Below, piece after piece: positions 48,822 to 59,222 of a stretch of DNA of 64,000 bases. Each line of letters begins with the position of its first letter. Position 1 is the stretch's first letter. This DNA is from Candidatus Poribacteria bacterium (GTDB lineage: Bacteria > Poribacteria > WGA-4E > WGA-3G). The stretch spans positions 2,208,001-2,272,000 of the forward strand of contig OZ243938.1 in the NCBI GenBank assembly GCA_965214095.1, in the 5' to 3' direction. The position numbers were made by a program, and so were the translations under genes. The notes beneath the pieces were generated by a model that saw nothing but the letters and a program-made list of their open reading frames with translations, had not been told where the DNA came from and searched no databases.

Positions 48822-49655
48822 ATGGCAATATTGACAGACGCACACCGTGACCATTTTGATGAATATGGATATATGGCAATTGAAAATGCAGTACCGATTG
48901 CGCTGTGTGAAGCAGTCGTTGACGCAATTTTTGCATTCTTGGAGATGGACCCATCCGACTCGAATGATTGGTATCGCGCACCTCACAAACCCGGTGCCGG
49001 TATGGTAGAAATGTACTTTCATCAGGCGATGTGGAACGTGTACCAGCATCCACCGATCTATCAAATCTATACCGAGGTGTATGGCACTGAACGTATTTGG
49101 GTGCACATAGATAGAGTCAACATGAAACCGCCCAAACATCCTGATTATCCCGAATGGGATCACAAAGGGATGTATCATTGGGATGCGGATACATCAAAAC
49201 TACCTGTACATTTCAGCACACAAGGGGTTTTGTTTCTAAGAGATACCGCAGAAAATCAAGGGTCTTTTGTATGTTGGCCCGGGGCACATAAGTCACTAAT
49301 AGATGAAGAGAATCCGTGGGTGCCTGAATTGACACCGGAAGTATATAGAGAGAAATTTGTCCAAGTGCCAGCCAAAGCAGGTTCATTATTGATCTGGCAT
49401 ATAGCACTTCCACACGGAAATGGTCGCAACACGTCTGATAAACCTAGACTGGCACAATACATGAACTATTACCGAGCACCAAATCCAATGAATGAGGAAC
49501 GTCGTCAGGAGCGACTTACTCTGTGGAGAGAACGCAGAGCATTAGGACACGGACCCTATCCTGGTGACCCACGCGGCTGGGAAGCGAAAAACTACGGATC
49601 ACCAGAATTGACTCCTTTAGGACGAAAACTCTTAGGTGTTGATTTGTGGGATTAA
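48822..49655 (+). CDS. PhyH family dioxygenase
   Basis: HFDEYGY, HWD, QGVL.L.DT..NQG.F...PG.H, LPHGNG.N. Confidence 0.88.
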   Translation: MAILTDAHRDHFDEYGYMAIENAVPIALCEAVVDAIFAFLEMDPSDSNDWYRAPHKPGAGMVEMYFHQAMWNVYQHPPIYQIYTEVYGTERIWVHIDRVNMKPPKHPDYPEWDHKGMYHWDADTSKLPVHFSTQGVLFLRDTAENQGSFVCWPGAHKSLIDEENPWVPELTPEVYREKFVQVPAKAGSLLIWHIALPHGNGRNTSDKPRLAQYMNYYRAPNPMNEERRQERLTLWRERRALGHGPYPGDPRGWEAKNYGSPELTPLGRKLLGVDLWD

Positions 49656-49715
49656 CGTGGAAAAAATGATTTATTATGCAACGGAAACCTTGGATTTTCT
49701 ATTATGGTAATAGAT

Positions 49716-49928
49716 TTATTTTTGAAGTGGTCCGAAGTCTATGTTGTAAAAATTAAGCAGCCAAACACAGATACCTAACAGAAAAAGTGGAATACAGATA
49801 AGGAGGATAAGAATAAAGAAACCCCATACCCACGCTCCTTTGGACTTTGCTACCGTTGCCAAACGTGCGATCAACATTCCACCACCGATTATTATAACGA
49901 CTACAAACCCAAAAACCATCATCACCAT
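49716..49928 (-). CDS. Possible small two-TM membrane protein
   Basis: Hydrophobic ORF filling the gap, but its start is only about 15 bp from the divergent neighbour. Confidence 0.35.
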   Translation of the reverse strand: MVMMVFGFVVVIIIGGGMLIARLATVAKSKGAWVWGFFILILLICIPLFLLGICVWLLNFYNIDFGPLQK

Positions 49929-49943
49929 TTTTCTTTTCTCTCT

Positions 49944-51857
49944 ATGAAGCAGTCTCAAGCAAAAAGTCCTATTACCTTCCGTGCAGTGTTAATTGGGGTT
50001 GCTCTCATCCCACTTAACAGTTATTGGATTCTGCACCTGAGTTATATCTGGGATTCTAATCGTCCTACGAGTTTGGCGTTACTCTTCAACGTGCTGTTTA
50101 CACTACTTGTTTTGATTGCCATAAACGCTTTTCTGCGTCGGATACGACCTTCACTTGCATTTTCGCAAAGTGAACTTCTAACTATCTACGCGATGTTGTG
50201 CCAAGCCTCCGTTTTTGCAGGGCGCGACATGCTACAAGTATTAGTTCCGATAATGGGAAACGGTTTTTGGTACGCAACCCCAGAAAATGAGTGGGCACAA
50301 CTCTTTCATCAACATCTTCCCGAATGGCTCGTTGTTGGAGAACTGGACATATTACGCGGTTTTTATGAAGGTGAATCAACACTTTACATCCAATCACATT
50401 TTCAAGCATGGTTAGTGCCAACGTTATTATGGGTATGCTTTTGTCTCGTCCTCGGTGTAACGATGCTGTGTCTGAACGTGCTTTTACGCAAACAGTGGCA
50501 GGAACATGAACGTCTCACTTACCCGATTGCCCAACTCCCCTTTGAAATCACACAAGAAAAAACTGGCTTCTTCAATCGTCGTATGATGACTGTAGGACTG
50601 TGCATCGCTGCCTTGCTCAATTTACTGTATAGTTTACACCAAATCAATCCTGTTTTCCCTACAATTCCGCTTTATCACAATTTTCGTCTCACAGAGCAGC
50701 CGTGGAGTGCGATGAATAATCCTGGATTCCGCATTAGTTTTTTTCCATTTGCAATTGGTGTTGGTTTTCTGATTCCGCTTGATTTGGGGTTCTCCTGCTG
50801 GTTTTTTCATCTGTTCTGGCATTTTGAGCGGATTATCGGACAGAGTCTTGGGTGGCGTGGTTCTATCGGCTTCCCAAGAGAAATGGCACAGATTCGCGGT
50901 GTGTGGATAGCTTTATTCCTCTGGACGTTGTGGATGGGACGTTCACATGTTAAGGTTGTTCTCAAAACTATCTTCAACAGTCGTTCTCCGACTAAGAGTG
51001 ATGAAGGGGAAGCATTACGATACAGAACAGCGGTGATTGGTGCACTTGTTGGACTAATACTGATTTTAGCCTTCTGTGTAAAGGCTGGTATGTCTCTATG
51101 GTTTGCTTTACTTTTCTTTGTCATCTATTTAGCGATGTCTGTGACAATAACGCGTATTCGTGCCGAATTAGGACCGCCTGCACACGATCTATACAACGCT
51201 GGTCCAGATCTGCTCTTGACAGATGCGATTGGAACACGACGTGTCGGCAATCGCAATTTATCTGTGATGTCGCTATTCTTCTGGTTGAATCATCTTTCCT
51301 ACCGCGCACACCCGATGCCGCATCAACTGGAAGCACTGAAACTTGCACATCAAACTCGCTTTAATGGCAAGCAACTATTATGGGTATTAGCAATTGCGAT
51401 TTTTGTTGGTGCACTTTCGGCTGCGTGGGGACATCTGCATCTATCATATCAAGTTGGTTTAGAGAATGCACGTTCATGGTATGCGCGTGCGGCTTTCAAT
51501 CGATTGGCTGGGTGGCTGTATAATCCGAGTGAAACGAACTTGGGTGGTATGATGTATACGGTTGGTGGGTTTTTCTTTGCTATCAGTCTGCTGCTTTTGC
51601 GATGGCGTTTTATCCAGTGGCCACTTCATCCTGTGGGATATGTTGTTTCAAGTTGGTGGACATTTACGGGACTATGGTTTCCACTTCTAATCAGTTGGAC
51701 TGTTAAGCGGATTCTGCTTTCAACAGGCGGTGTACGGTTATATAGACGCGCAATACCATTTTTCATCGGTTTGGTCATTGGTGATGTCATAGTCGCTTCT
51801 ATCATTAGCATATTAGGTTTGTTCTTTGATTTCCGTGTTGTCTACCTCAGTTGGTAA
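49944..51857 (+). CDS. Polytopic membrane protein, DUF6785/DUF6784-like (paralog of 45376-47286)
   Basis: TFRAVLIG, TPENEW, LRKQW...ERLTYP, RIRAELG, WPLHPVGY. Confidence 0.75.
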   Translation: MKQSQAKSPITFRAVLIGVALIPLNSYWILHLSYIWDSNRPTSLALLFNVLFTLLVLIAINAFLRRIRPSLAFSQSELLTIYAMLCQASVFAGRDMLQVLVPIMGNGFWYATPENEWAQLFHQHLPEWLVVGELDILRGFYEGESTLYIQSHFQAWLVPTLLWVCFCLVLGVTMLCLNVLLRKQWQEHERLTYPIAQLPFEITQEKTGFFNRRMMTVGLCIAALLNLLYSLHQINPVFPTIPLYHNFRLTEQPWSAMNNPGFRISFFPFAIGVGFLIPLDLGFSCWFFHLFWHFERIIGQSLGWRGSIGFPREMAQIRGVWIALFLWTLWMGRSHVKVVLKTIFNSRSPTKSDEGEALRYRTAVIGALVGLILILAFCVKAGMSLWFALLFFVIYLAMSVTITRIRAELGPPAHDLYNAGPDLLLTDAIGTRRVGNRNLSVMSLFFWLNHLSYRAHPMPHQLEALKLAHQTRFNGKQLLWVLAIAIFVGALSAAWGHLHLSYQVGLENARSWYARAAFNRLAGWLYNPSETNLGGMMYTVGGFFFAISLLLLRWRFIQWPLHPVGYVVSSWWTFTGLWFPLLISWTVKRILLSTGGVRLYRRAIPFFIGLVIGDVIVASIISILGLFFDFRVVYLSW

Positions 51858-51932
51858 GTCATTGCGATAGAATATTGGTGGTAACTTTGCTTCAAATGTT
51901 GCGTTGAAATTATCAGGTAATCTTGCTATTAT

Positions 51933-52871
51933 ATGAGTATGATGGATACAGAAAACTTCTCACTCAAAGTGAATATTGGCGGGATTCGGATGCGGAATCC
52001 TGTTATGACTGCCTCTGGTACATTCGGCTATGGCAGTGAATATGCCGATTTTGTAGACCTAAACCGACTCGGTGCGGTTGTGATGAAAGGTGTTACAAGT
52101 GTGCCGTGGCCTGGCAATCCGATGAACCGCATTATGGAAACGCCCTCCGGTATGCTTAATGCTATTGGACTGCAGAATGTCGGTGTGGATGGTTTTATCT
52201 CCGAAAAATTACCTTACCTTCGTGAATTTGATGTGCCTGTTATAGTGAACGTCTGCGGTAAAACTGTGGAAGAGTATCTGACGGTCGTTGAGAAGTTAAG
52301 CAGTGCAGATGGCGTTGCTGGTGTGGAACTCAACATCTCCTGTCCGAACCTTGATTGCGGAGGAATGAGTTTCGGTGTTGATGCGACCTTAGCACATCAA
52401 CTTGTCACAGAGGTGAAAGCAAGAACGCATTTGCCGTTGTTGGTTAAACTATCGCCTAATGTTACGGATATTACCGTGATTGCGCGTGCAATTGAAGATG
52501 CAGGCGCAGATGCACTCTCTGCAATCAATACCCTACTCGGCATGGCAATCAACGCAGAAACACGCAAACCCGAACTAGCAAATATAACAGGTGGTCTGTC
52601 AGGTCCTGCAATCAAACCTGTCGCATTAAGATTGGTTTGGGAGGTGTACAAAAACGTCTCTATTCCGATTGTGGGAATGGGTGGTATAATGAACGCGACA
52701 GATGCATTGGAATTTTTCATCGCGGGTGCTTCGGCAGTAGCAATTGGAACGGCGAACTTTGTCAATCCAAAAGCATCATTAGAAGTGATTGAAGGCATTC
52801 ACGTATATCTTGAAAAGATGAACATGAAATCAATAAATGAATTGGTTGGGAGTTTGGACGTTGATGTCTAA
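51933..52871 (+). CDS. pyrD: Dihydroorotate dehydrogenase, class 1B catalytic subunit
   Basis: NPVMTASGTFG, LNAIGLQN, ELNISCPN, VKLSPN, GGLSGPAIKP. Confidence 0.95.
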   Translation: MSMMDTENFSLKVNIGGIRMRNPVMTASGTFGYGSEYADFVDLNRLGAVVMKGVTSVPWPGNPMNRIMETPSGMLNAIGLQNVGVDGFISEKLPYLREFDVPVIVNVCGKTVEEYLTVVEKLSSADGVAGVELNISCPNLDCGGMSFGVDATLAHQLVTEVKARTHLPLLVKLSPNVTDITVIARAIEDAGADALSAINTLLGMAINAETRKPELANITGGLSGPAIKPVALRLVWEVYKNVSIPIVGMGGIMNATDALEFFIAGASAVAIGTANFVNPKASLEVIEGIHVYLEKMNMKSINELVGSLDVDV

Positions 52872-53023
52872 TCAAAACGAAAATGTTGATATATTTTATT
52901 ATTCGGTGTATAATTTGAACCAGAATTGATTTATGAACGTTTACCGGATGGTATCATGCAATATATGTCAAATGGAAATGTCATTGAATCAGAGAATGGC
53001 GGACCACCACACGCATAGAGGAG

Positions 53024-54106
53024 ATGATGCGACACCTCGTAACACTTGATGATCTATCGAATTTTGAAATAGAGCAGATTTTTCGCTTAGCAGAAGGGAT
53101 GCAGTCCCAACAGGAAACCTGGTCAGGTATTTGCCGTAGCAAATTGCTGGCAACGTTATTCTATGAACCGAGTACACGTACTCGGCTTTCCTTTGAAAGT
53201 GCGATGGAACGTCTCAATGGTGGGACACTCGGTTTCGCTGATCCGAGTTCTACCTCTATGACCAAAGGTGAAACCCTCGCTGACACTGCACGGATGGTCA
53301 CGAACTATGCGGACCTTATTGTGATGCGACACAGTTGGGCAGGTTCTGCGCGGGTTATGGCACGTTATTCCAATATCCCTGTCATCAATGGTGGAGATGG
53401 CAGCCATGCACATCCAACACAAGCCCTAACAGACCTCTATACAATTATTCGTCGCAAATCACAGGTGCATGGGTTGACAGTGGGCGTTTGCGGTGATCTT
53501 CGGTATGGACGCGCAGCACATTCGTTTACCTTAGCTGCTGCCAGATTCGGTGCCAACCTTGTTCACATTGCCCCGCATGGATTACAGATGCCACCTTGGG
53601 TGCTGGCTCGATTGGCAGAAAATCACAAACAGACACCTCTTGAGGTGGAAAACGTCACAGAGGTGATTGAAACGCTTGATGTTATCTATGTTAATCGGCT
53701 TCAGGAAGAACGGCTGCCACCCAATTTAGATGCAAAAACGGTGCGTGGTAGTTATCTGCTGAACGCTGATGTAATGAAAAACGCGAAACCTGATGCGATG
53801 ATAATGCACCCGTTGCCTCGCGTTAACGAATTGGCTTATGAATTAGACGATGACCCGCGTGCTGCCTATTTTGAACAATCTGCAAATGCCGTGCCAGTAC
53901 GAATGGCTCTTATTGCAAGCCTGATGGGATTGGAACAACTCATCTTAACCCAACCACCAACCCGTAACATTAGCGAGTCTACAGAACAGTGTGAAAATAC
54001 CAACTGTGTTACCAACCACGAGACCTATCTGACACCAGAACGTGAAACGTACAATGGTCATGCAGAAGTGAACGCTTGTGCGTATTGTGGTAATCTGCTT
54101 TCATGA
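53024..54106 (+). CDS. pyrB: Aspartate carbamoyltransferase with C-terminal PyrI-like Zn finger
   Basis: FYEPSTRTR.SF, HPTQAL.D, MHPLPR. Tail CENTNCVTN...CAYC. Confidence 0.93.
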   Translation: MMRHLVTLDDLSNFEIEQIFRLAEGMQSQQETWSGICRSKLLATLFYEPSTRTRLSFESAMERLNGGTLGFADPSSTSMTKGETLADTARMVTNYADLIVMRHSWAGSARVMARYSNIPVINGGDGSHAHPTQALTDLYTIIRRKSQVHGLTVGVCGDLRYGRAAHSFTLAAARFGANLVHIAPHGLQMPPWVLARLAENHKQTPLEVENVTEVIETLDVIYVNRLQEERLPPNLDAKTVRGSYLLNADVMKNAKPDAMIMHPLPRVNELAYELDDDPRAAYFEQSANAVPVRMALIASLMGLEQLILTQPPTRNISESTEQCENTNCVTNHETYLTPERETYNGHAEVNACAYCGNLLS

Positions 54107-54151
54107 GACACATGAGACAGAAAATAAGCAAGACCTTTTGTGTAGTGAAGT

Positions 54152-55600
54152 CTATTCTTCATCAGGTTCATCTTCGGGTACAGGCACTTTGGAAATCATT
54201 CCATCTTTCTCAATGATAGCAAATCGAGCGATACGCCATAGCGGTGATTTTTCACTTACTGCCTGCCATCCACCTTCAAAATGTGTGACCGTAACAAAGT
54301 CTTTTTCAGCATCAGGTTCATTACCACCAAACACTTCATGAGTTGTCCAGTTTGTATAGGTTACTGGTTCACCACTATCCCATCGCCAAACGCCTTCCTC
54401 TTCCACATCATTGAGTCCTATCCAAAAATCCGGATTTCTAAACATAATTTGCACCCAGACCTGCTCTTCTTCGTCGTTGATGGATAGGAGGTGTGATTCT
54501 TCTTTTATAGCCTTCTGTTGTGCATCGTGCCACCCATTACAAGGAACTTGTGCATAAGCGTGTCCATTTGCGGGATTGATGATCCAAACTATTTTCTCTG
54601 GTTTTCTTGGGATTGGTGGACGGATATTGGCACCAGCGAATGCCTCAGCAGCCACACGTTGTCGCTGATTCTGTTCAATCTCATTCTTGTTATCTGCCGG
54701 CTTTTTCTTGACTGGGTTTCCATCAAGTTTAATTACGATATTCTCAGGATGGACACCTTTATTGATTAGGAAAGGCCCTGCACCACCAGAAAAATTCTTA
54801 ATAGTTACGGAAAGCGTGTAGTAGCCTGGATCATCTCTATATTCATTAAAATAGCCTTCAGCATCAGTAATGCATTCTGTTCCATGCCTCCCGCTACCTC
54901 CACCAAATTCTCCTCCGCGAAACGCTATGGATAGACGTGCGTCAGTATTTGCAACAGGTGTTCCATCTGCATATACAATCTGTGCGCGGATTTGCAATAG
55001 TTTCTTAACTGTAATTTTAATGTCTTCTATGTTTGTGTCAGGTTTCAATCCAAATGTCAATCCTCCAAATGGTCCCATATCATCCACAGGATAAAAAGTA
55101 ATTTTGTTCAACTGAATTGAGACGATTTGCATTTCAGATTTAGTTCTCTGATTCTGCATCATTAACAATCTATGTTGATGTGCTTGTTGTGGCTTATTGT
55201 GGTCAATATTTTGGAGTACATCTAACATTCCATCAGGAATTCCATTTATCTGTACCATACCAGACTGTATGTTTTCTGATTTGAAGGAGCCATCATCTTC
55301 AGATTCCACTATAGCAAAGGGCGGTGCATCTGGTTGTTTTCCATCATCTGGTTGTCCTCCTAATTGGTGTGCGGCGATCATAAAGGGATGAGGCATACCG
55401 TTTACGACTTGCATAGATTGAACAAGGAAAGTGTATCCAGCAACTGCTTTGCCTTCTGTATCCATAACTTTTCCAGATATTCCGCTTGCAGCTTGTTGTT
55501 TAGGTTCTACAGGTGCTTCTTGAGCAATAACATTCGTTATAGTTGTCAGTATTATGAGGACGAATGCTACATGTTTACTTATGGTGTAGATGCATTTCAT
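54152..55600 (-). CDS. Secreted protein: carboxypeptidase-regulatory-like domains plus C-type lectin domain
   Basis: Signal peptide, ISGKV.D..G, NPANGHAY...W..AQ..A...LLSIND..EQ.W...WIGLND...EG.W.W.SGEPVTYTNW. Confidence 0.8.
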   Translation of the reverse strand: MKCIYTISKHVAFVLIILTTITNVIAQEAPVEPKQQAASGISGKVMDTEGKAVAGYTFLVQSMQVVNGMPHPFMIAAHQLGGQPDDGKQPDAPPFAIVESEDDGSFKSENIQSGMVQINGIPDGMLDVLQNIDHNKPQQAHQHRLLMMQNQRTKSEMQIVSIQLNKITFYPVDDMGPFGGLTFGLKPDTNIEDIKITVKKLLQIRAQIVYADGTPVANTDARLSIAFRGGEFGGGSGRHGTECITDAEGYFNEYRDDPGYYTLSVTIKNFSGGAGPFLINKGVHPENIVIKLDGNPVKKKPADNKNEIEQNQRQRVAAEAFAGANIRPPIPRKPEKIVWIINPANGHAYAQVPCNGWHDAQQKAIKEESHLLSINDEEEQVWVQIMFRNPDFWIGLNDVEEEGVWRWDSGEPVTYTNWTTHEVFGGNEPDAEKDFVTVTHFEGGWQAVSEKSPLWRIARFAIIEKDGMISKVPVPEDEPDEE

Positions 55601-55634
55601 GGTATTATCTCCTTTTATTGGTAAGTGGTAAGGA

Positions 55635-56927
55635 CTATTCAGTCTCTTCATCAGGTGTTGGTGCCCCAATGACAAGATCTTTCTTCTCCAAAATGGCTTT
55701 ATTCGTGATATTTGCAACAGGATTATCTGTACGTACTTGTTGCCATTTCCCTGTCACACCGATGAGTGCAGTATAAGTCTTGCCAATATTTTCATCCTGT
55801 TCACCATCATTTTTTGGAGCAGCCAGTAATTTTTGAGTGTCCCAATTGGTGTAAGTGATTGGATCACCGTTATCCCACTTTTTTTCATCTTTTTTCATTC
55901 CATCGGTGAATCCGATCCAATAGTTTTCTTTTCCGTAGACATCAAGCAACCACTGTTGTTCGTCTTTATCATTGATAGCGACGAGATATGCTTTTTGTTC
56001 TGTTGCCTTGGCGAGTGCTTCTTCAGGTGATTGACAGTTAATTACTTTGTAGGCGTGTCTGTTTGCAGGGTTAATTGCCCATACGCCTTCACGTCTCTTT
56101 TGAGTAATGGTGCGTCTAAGTTCCATGTTAGGTGCAGGTCTTGGAGCTGGCGGCACCTGTGGTCTGAAAATATTTGGATTCGGAGGTGCTTGTTGAACTC
56201 CTTTTAACGTTAGGGTTAAACCGTCAAGTCGTTGTCCTTCTTCAAGCAATAATTCTGGGGATTCTGCCTTTTGTCCTTGATATTCAATGGTGATAGTATA
56301 ATAGGCAGACCTATCAACATACTCAGTAAATCTTCCTTCATTGTCAGTTTGCGTTGATCCACTTCCACTACCAGATCCTCCGTTGACATATCGTCTTTTT
56401 GTTTTGAGGTTAACTCTTGAGTTTCGGAGGGGTGAACCATCATCCTTAAGAACCTGTCCTCGAATTCGCATCCGTTGTCGAACAGTTAACTTCACATCTA
56501 TCTTATCGGTTTCCTCTTCTATTCCGAAAGGAAATCCACCAAACATAAAAAACTGATGTGGGTGAACACTGAAGGCAATCCCTTGAATTTCAATACCGCG
56601 AATTTCATAGTCTGAATTGCGTTCTGGAAATAATGATAAATGATTGACTGAAGGTACAACAGTGTTTTTTATTACAAAAGAACCGGTTGCATCAGTATTA
56701 CTCGGTTGTGGTGGTGGCATTACAGGTTCACGTCCACGTATACCATGTCTCTCAGGAATAAAAGTTCCCTTAAACGACTTAACTGCAACGATAAGGTCAG
56801 GTACGGGATCTCCATTTTCGTCAACGACCTCTCCAGAAATGATTGATGCGTTACTATTGTAGGAGAATAATAGAAAAACCACTATACACATGATAAAAAG
56901 CGTTATTGTAAAATTTGATCGTTTCAT
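55635..56927 (-). CDS. Secreted protein: carboxypeptidase-regulatory-like domains plus C-type lectin domain (tandem paralog)
   Basis: ISGEVVDENG.P, NPANRHAY, LVAIND..EQ.WL, YWIG, GDPITYTNW. Confidence 0.8.
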   Translation of the reverse strand: MKRSNFTITLFIMCIVVFLLFSYNSNASIISGEVVDENGDPVPDLIVAVKSFKGTFIPERHGIRGREPVMPPPQPSNTDATGSFVIKNTVVPSVNHLSLFPERNSDYEIRGIEIQGIAFSVHPHQFFMFGGFPFGIEEETDKIDVKLTVRQRMRIRGQVLKDDGSPLRNSRVNLKTKRRYVNGGSGSGSGSTQTDNEGRFTEYVDRSAYYTITIEYQGQKAESPELLLEEGQRLDGLTLTLKGVQQAPPNPNIFRPQVPPAPRPAPNMELRRTITQKRREGVWAINPANRHAYKVINCQSPEEALAKATEQKAYLVAINDKDEQQWLLDVYGKENYWIGFTDGMKKDEKKWDNGDPITYTNWDTQKLLAAPKNDGEQDENIGKTYTALIGVTGKWQQVRTDNPVANITNKAILEKKDLVIGAPTPDEETE

Positions 56928-57232
56928 TGTGTGTCTCCTTCTGTTAAGTTTGGTGGGTGTATTTGATTTTAATGTTGATGATGTTACTATTATACACGAA
57001 TGGAATGTTGTTGACAAGTTAAGTGTAGACTGGAACAGAGATAATCAATTGTTAGTATCACTATAGTTGAAAAATCTTCCAACAAAATATCGAGGTTGGA
57101 AACGCCTCCAACAGAAGTTTCAAGTGCCAATTGCATACCTATGAGTCAGTACGGAAAAAATGTTGCATACCCTGTAGAAACGTGGTATAATTAACACAAT
57201 TTGATTAGGCAAGAAAACAGAGTTAACAGAGA

Positions 57233-57313
57233 TACACATCTCCAGATTTGCACGGCGGGTTCTCTCATCATGAGAGTCTGATGCAGATATGAAGGAGGTG
57301 GACGTATAAACCC
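57233..57313 (+). promoter_or_regulatory. rpsB leader (S2 autoregulatory RNA)
   Basis: ACACAT...GGCGGGT...GGAGG...AAACCC layout with the GGGU/ACCC pseudoknot pair known from S2 leaders. TGGTATAAT at 57183-57191 lies upstream. Confidence 0.55.
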
Positions 57314-57351
57314 AATGAGGAGTCATGAACTTCTCAACTCAGGAGGAAATT

Positions 57352-58233
57352 TTGGCAGTTACAATGAAGGAACTCCTTGAATGTGGAGTGCACTTTGGTC
57401 ACCAAACCAGACGTTGGAATCCGAAGATGGCTGAGTACATCTTCGCCGAAAGAAATGGTATTTACATTATTGATTTACAGAAGACATTGACTATGCTTGA
57501 AACTGCAGTAGAATATGTCAGGAGTATTGCTGCTAATGGTGGTGTAGTCCTTTTTGTAGGCACTAAACGACAATCTCAGGAAGCAGTTCTTGAGGAAGCA
57601 CTTCGATGTAGCATGTACTACGTTAATCACCGTTGGTTAGGTGGTATGTTGACAAACTTCCAAACCATACGCCAAAGCATCAGTAGGTTAGAAGCCATTG
57701 AAGAAGAAGAAACGAGTGGTGAACTTGAGAAACGTCCGAAGAAGGAGATCATTCGTCTCATGCGTGAAAAGGGGAAGTTGTCCAATAACCTTACCGGTAT
57801 CAAGGAAATGTCAACACTTCCTGAAGTGGTTGTTGTCACGGATACGCGAAAGGAACACACAGCAATTGCCGAGGCAAACAAACTCGGTATTCCAATAATA
57901 GCAATCGTAGATACGAACTGCGATCCAGATCCTGTTGACCTACCTATCCCAGGCAACGATGATGCGATTCGTTCCATTCGGTTAGTCTGTGCTGTTTTGG
58001 CAGAAGCTGTTATAGAAGGGCGTGGCGATGCCTTAGAAGGTGAAGAAGTTGAAGCGGAAAAAGGACAACCTGAAGAAAGCCAGATTGATAAAGTCGCAGA
58101 AACTGAACGTCACGAGGAGCAAACAGCAGAAATAATTGATACTGAACAACTCTCAGCGGAGCCAGAGGCAATTGGGGATGCAGAGCAAAGACGAACCCGT
58201 CAATCTCGCCCAAAAAGAAGTCCTCGTCGATAG
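57352..58233 (+). CDS. rpsB: 30S ribosomal protein S2
   Basis: [39 protein letters not shown]. Likely TTG start after AGGAGG. Confidence 0.97.
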   Translation: MAVTMKELLECGVHFGHQTRRWNPKMAEYIFAERNGIYIIDLQKTLTMLETAVEYVRSIAANGGVVLFVGTKRQSQEAVLEEALRCSMYYVNHRWLGGMLTNFQTIRQSISRLEAIEEEETSGELEKRPKKEIIRLMREKGKLSNNLTGIKEMSTLPEVVVVTDTRKEHTAIAEANKLGIPIIAIVDTNCDPDPVDLPIPGNDDAIRSIRLVCAVLAEAVIEGRGDALEGEEVEAEKGQPEESQIDKVAETERHEEQTAEIIDTEQLSAEPEAIGDAEQRRTRQSRPKRSPRR

Positions 58234-58563
58234 TGATAACCGTCACTACAGATTACTGCTCAGGACTATTTCAAATTTGCAACCAAAAACACGAAAAATA
58301 AAACAGATAGTTTTTAACTATAATAGAACTTACGCGAATTTCACCGTTTATCTCTAACAATGTCTAATAACGTGTTTTTTGTGATATTATGAGTAATGCG
58401 CACTGGTAAGGCACGAAATCGATGGCATGAATGTTATAAAGCATTCCACGCCTACAGTATGAGCGTAAGTTTATTTCAAAAATTCAGAAATAGTGTGCCA
58501 GCAACACGGATGTATAGTGTATTATGGTCTGGCACCGTAAAAATGGGTCTAATTGGAGGAAAC

Positions 58564-59157
58564 ATGGCAATTACAGCAAAAATGGTCAGTGAGTTACGTT
58601 CACGGACTGGTGCTGGCATAATGGACTGCAAGAAAGCACTGACAGATACGGATGGCGATCTTGATGCTGCGATTAAGAAATTGCGCGAGCAAGGATTGCG
58701 TGCTTCTGAAGTGAAGGGTGGACGCGCTACTGAAGAAGGACTTGTTGTCTCATATATTCACCCTGGAAACCGCGTCGGCACATTAGTTGAATTGAATTGC
58801 GAAACCGACTTTGTTGCGCGTACAGAGCAGTTTCAGAAATTGGCAACTGAAATCGCTATGCAAGTGGCTGCTGCAAAACCAAAATATGTCAAGGAAGACG
58901 AAGTGCCAGCAGAAGATCTTGATGCAGAAAAGATGATCTTGAAAACACAGGCAAAACAAGAAGGTAAACCTGACCATATTGTTGATAAAATTGTTGAAGG
59001 ACGGCTTTCTAAATTTTATTCGGAAGCATGTCTATTAAAACAACCTTATATTCGAGATGCCGATAAAACTATTGAGGACCTTGTAAAGGATGCAATCGCG
59101 CAACTTGGCGAGAACATCGTTGTGAAACGTTTTGTGCTCTATGTCCTCGGACAGTAA
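58564..59157 (+). CDS. tsf: Elongation factor Ts (short type)
   Basis: MAITAKMV.ELR.RTGAG.MDCKKAL, ELNCETDFVAR. GGAGG RBS. Confidence 0.96.
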   Translation: MAITAKMVSELRSRTGAGIMDCKKALTDTDGDLDAAIKKLREQGLRASEVKGGRATEEGLVVSYIHPGNRVGTLVELNCETDFVARTEQFQKLATEIAMQVAAAKPKYVKEDEVPAEDLDAEKMILKTQAKQEGKPDHIVDKIVEGRLSKFYSEACLLKQPYIRDADKTIEDLVKDAIAQLGENIVVKRFVLYVLGQ

Positions 59158-59222
59158 ATATCATCATAGACAGCACAACTTACATCGGAATCGGTAAAAC
59201 CAGAAAGGAATAGGAAATTCAG

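Noticed and set aside
58396-58563. N-terminal extension of EF-Ts in the ORF track
   Set aside because: The conserved start MAITAK has its own GGAGG RBS. The upstream region holds only a weak GTGCCAG...CTGGCAC hairpin that I cannot assign.
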